NCBI GenBank assembly: GCA_026770705.1
Contig: JANJGN010000021.1
Coordinates: 93,186,001 to 93,250,000, forward strand
Origin: Isurus oxyrinchus
Lineage: Eukaryota
Direction: 5' to 3'
Length of the DNA stretch: 64,000 nt
Below are positions 63,241 to 64,000 of this stretch, piece after piece. The notes under the pieces are model-generated. The model worked only from the letters and a program-made list of their open reading frames with translations. It was not told the DNA's origin and made no database searches. Both the position numbers and the translations under genes were made by a program. Position 1 is the first letter of the stretch. Each line of letters opens with the position of its first letter.

Positions 63241-63944
63241 AGTACACGAGCCACAAGAAGTTAGTATGCAGGTACAACAAGTAATTAAGAAGTCTAATAG
63301 AATGCTATCCTTTATTACAAGAGGGGTTGAACACAAAACTAAGGATGTTATGTAGCTATACAGGGCATTGGTAAGATCGCATCTTGAATACTGTATGCAG
63401 TTTTGGTTTCCTTACTTAAAGAAGGATGTAAATGCATTGGAGGTGTTTCAAAGGAGGTTTAATGGATTGATACCTGGAATGAGTGACTTGTCTTATGAGA
63501 AAAGGTTGGACAGACTGGACTTGTTTCCACTGGAGTTTGGAAGAGTGAGGGGCGATTTGGTTGAAACATTGAAGATCCTGAACGGCCTTGACAAGGTAGA
63601 TGCTGAAAGGATGCTTCCTCTTGTGGGTGAATCCAGAACTAGGGGGCACTGTTTCAAAATTAGGGGTCTAACTTTTAGGACAGAGATGAGGAGAATTGCT
63701 TTTCTCTTAGAAGGTTGTGCGACATGGAATTCTCTGCCTCAGAAGGTGGTGGAGGCGGGGTCATTGAATATTTTTAAGGCAGACGTAGATAGACTCTTGT
63801 TAGGCAAGGAAATCAAAGGTTATCGAGGAAAGATGGGAATGTGGAAATCGATACACAAGATGATCAGCCTTGATCTTATTGAATGGCGGAGCAGGCTCAA
63901 GAGGCCGAATGGCCTACTCCTGTTCCTATTTCTTATGTTCTTAA

Positions 63945-64000
63945 GTCCTTCTAGATGATAGTGGTCAGGGGTTTGGAAGGTGCTGTCTAAGGAGCCTTGG
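63945..64000 (-). mobile_element. Fragment of the tRNA-headed LINE family, continues past the right edge
   Basis: Similar to 56475-56535 (ttctagatgatagtggtcaggggtttgg...aggagccttgg). Confidence 0.6.

Larger units (their letters stand above)
55900..63942 (+). mobile_element. Host CR1 LINE (APE through 3' end) split by nested insertions; pieces at about 55900-56204, 59409-59934 and 62077-63942
   Basis: Reading continuity across gaps: KTSILNL|NKEQL/NYVGMKAELAE and VGPLESDS|GELIVGNKEMAEE; RT motifs SGVPQGSVLGP and LANDTK; 3' end cctactcctgttcctatttcttatg. Confidence 0.9.

Noticed and set aside
48904-63958. Longer ORFs (281 aa at 48904, 210 aa at 52112, 196 aa at 63368) as host genes
   Set aside because: They are RTE or CR1 ORF2 remnants, or antisense frames of them

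Overview
Vertebrate genomic DNA, very likely a cartilaginous fish (shark), judged from its repeat families and genes. Positions 1-30760 are a giant G-rich minisatellite (26-27 bp unit GACTGAGAGTCGGTGAGTGAG5-7, about 1,150 copies) with nested higher-order repeats of about 1.1, 1.4, 3.48 and 21.25 kb. The array lies upstream of a clean phase-1/phase-1 MHC class I alpha-3 (Ig C1) exon at 32355-32618 (+). Its unit looks like an amplified exon-end/5' splice-donor junction (CTG AGA GTC G|GTGAGT). On the minus strand are an intact 466-aa muscarinic M2-like receptor and a two-exon GPR139-like pseudogene. The M2-like receptor has a heavily remodelled ligand pocket: A5.46G (one of the two DREADD substitutions), N6.52F, Y7.39F, C7.42A and W4.57L, plus an altered P-I-F connector. 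The rest is decayed and nested mobile DNA: CR1 and RTE LINEs, Penelope fragments with hammerhead-like motifs, a Gmr1-type Gypsy element and a Deu-type SINE. There is also a 3.2-kb LINE with a tRNA-like Pol III head and no ORF1, with two matching head+tail short derivatives in the same window. All calls were made by eye from the sequence; no searches were run.
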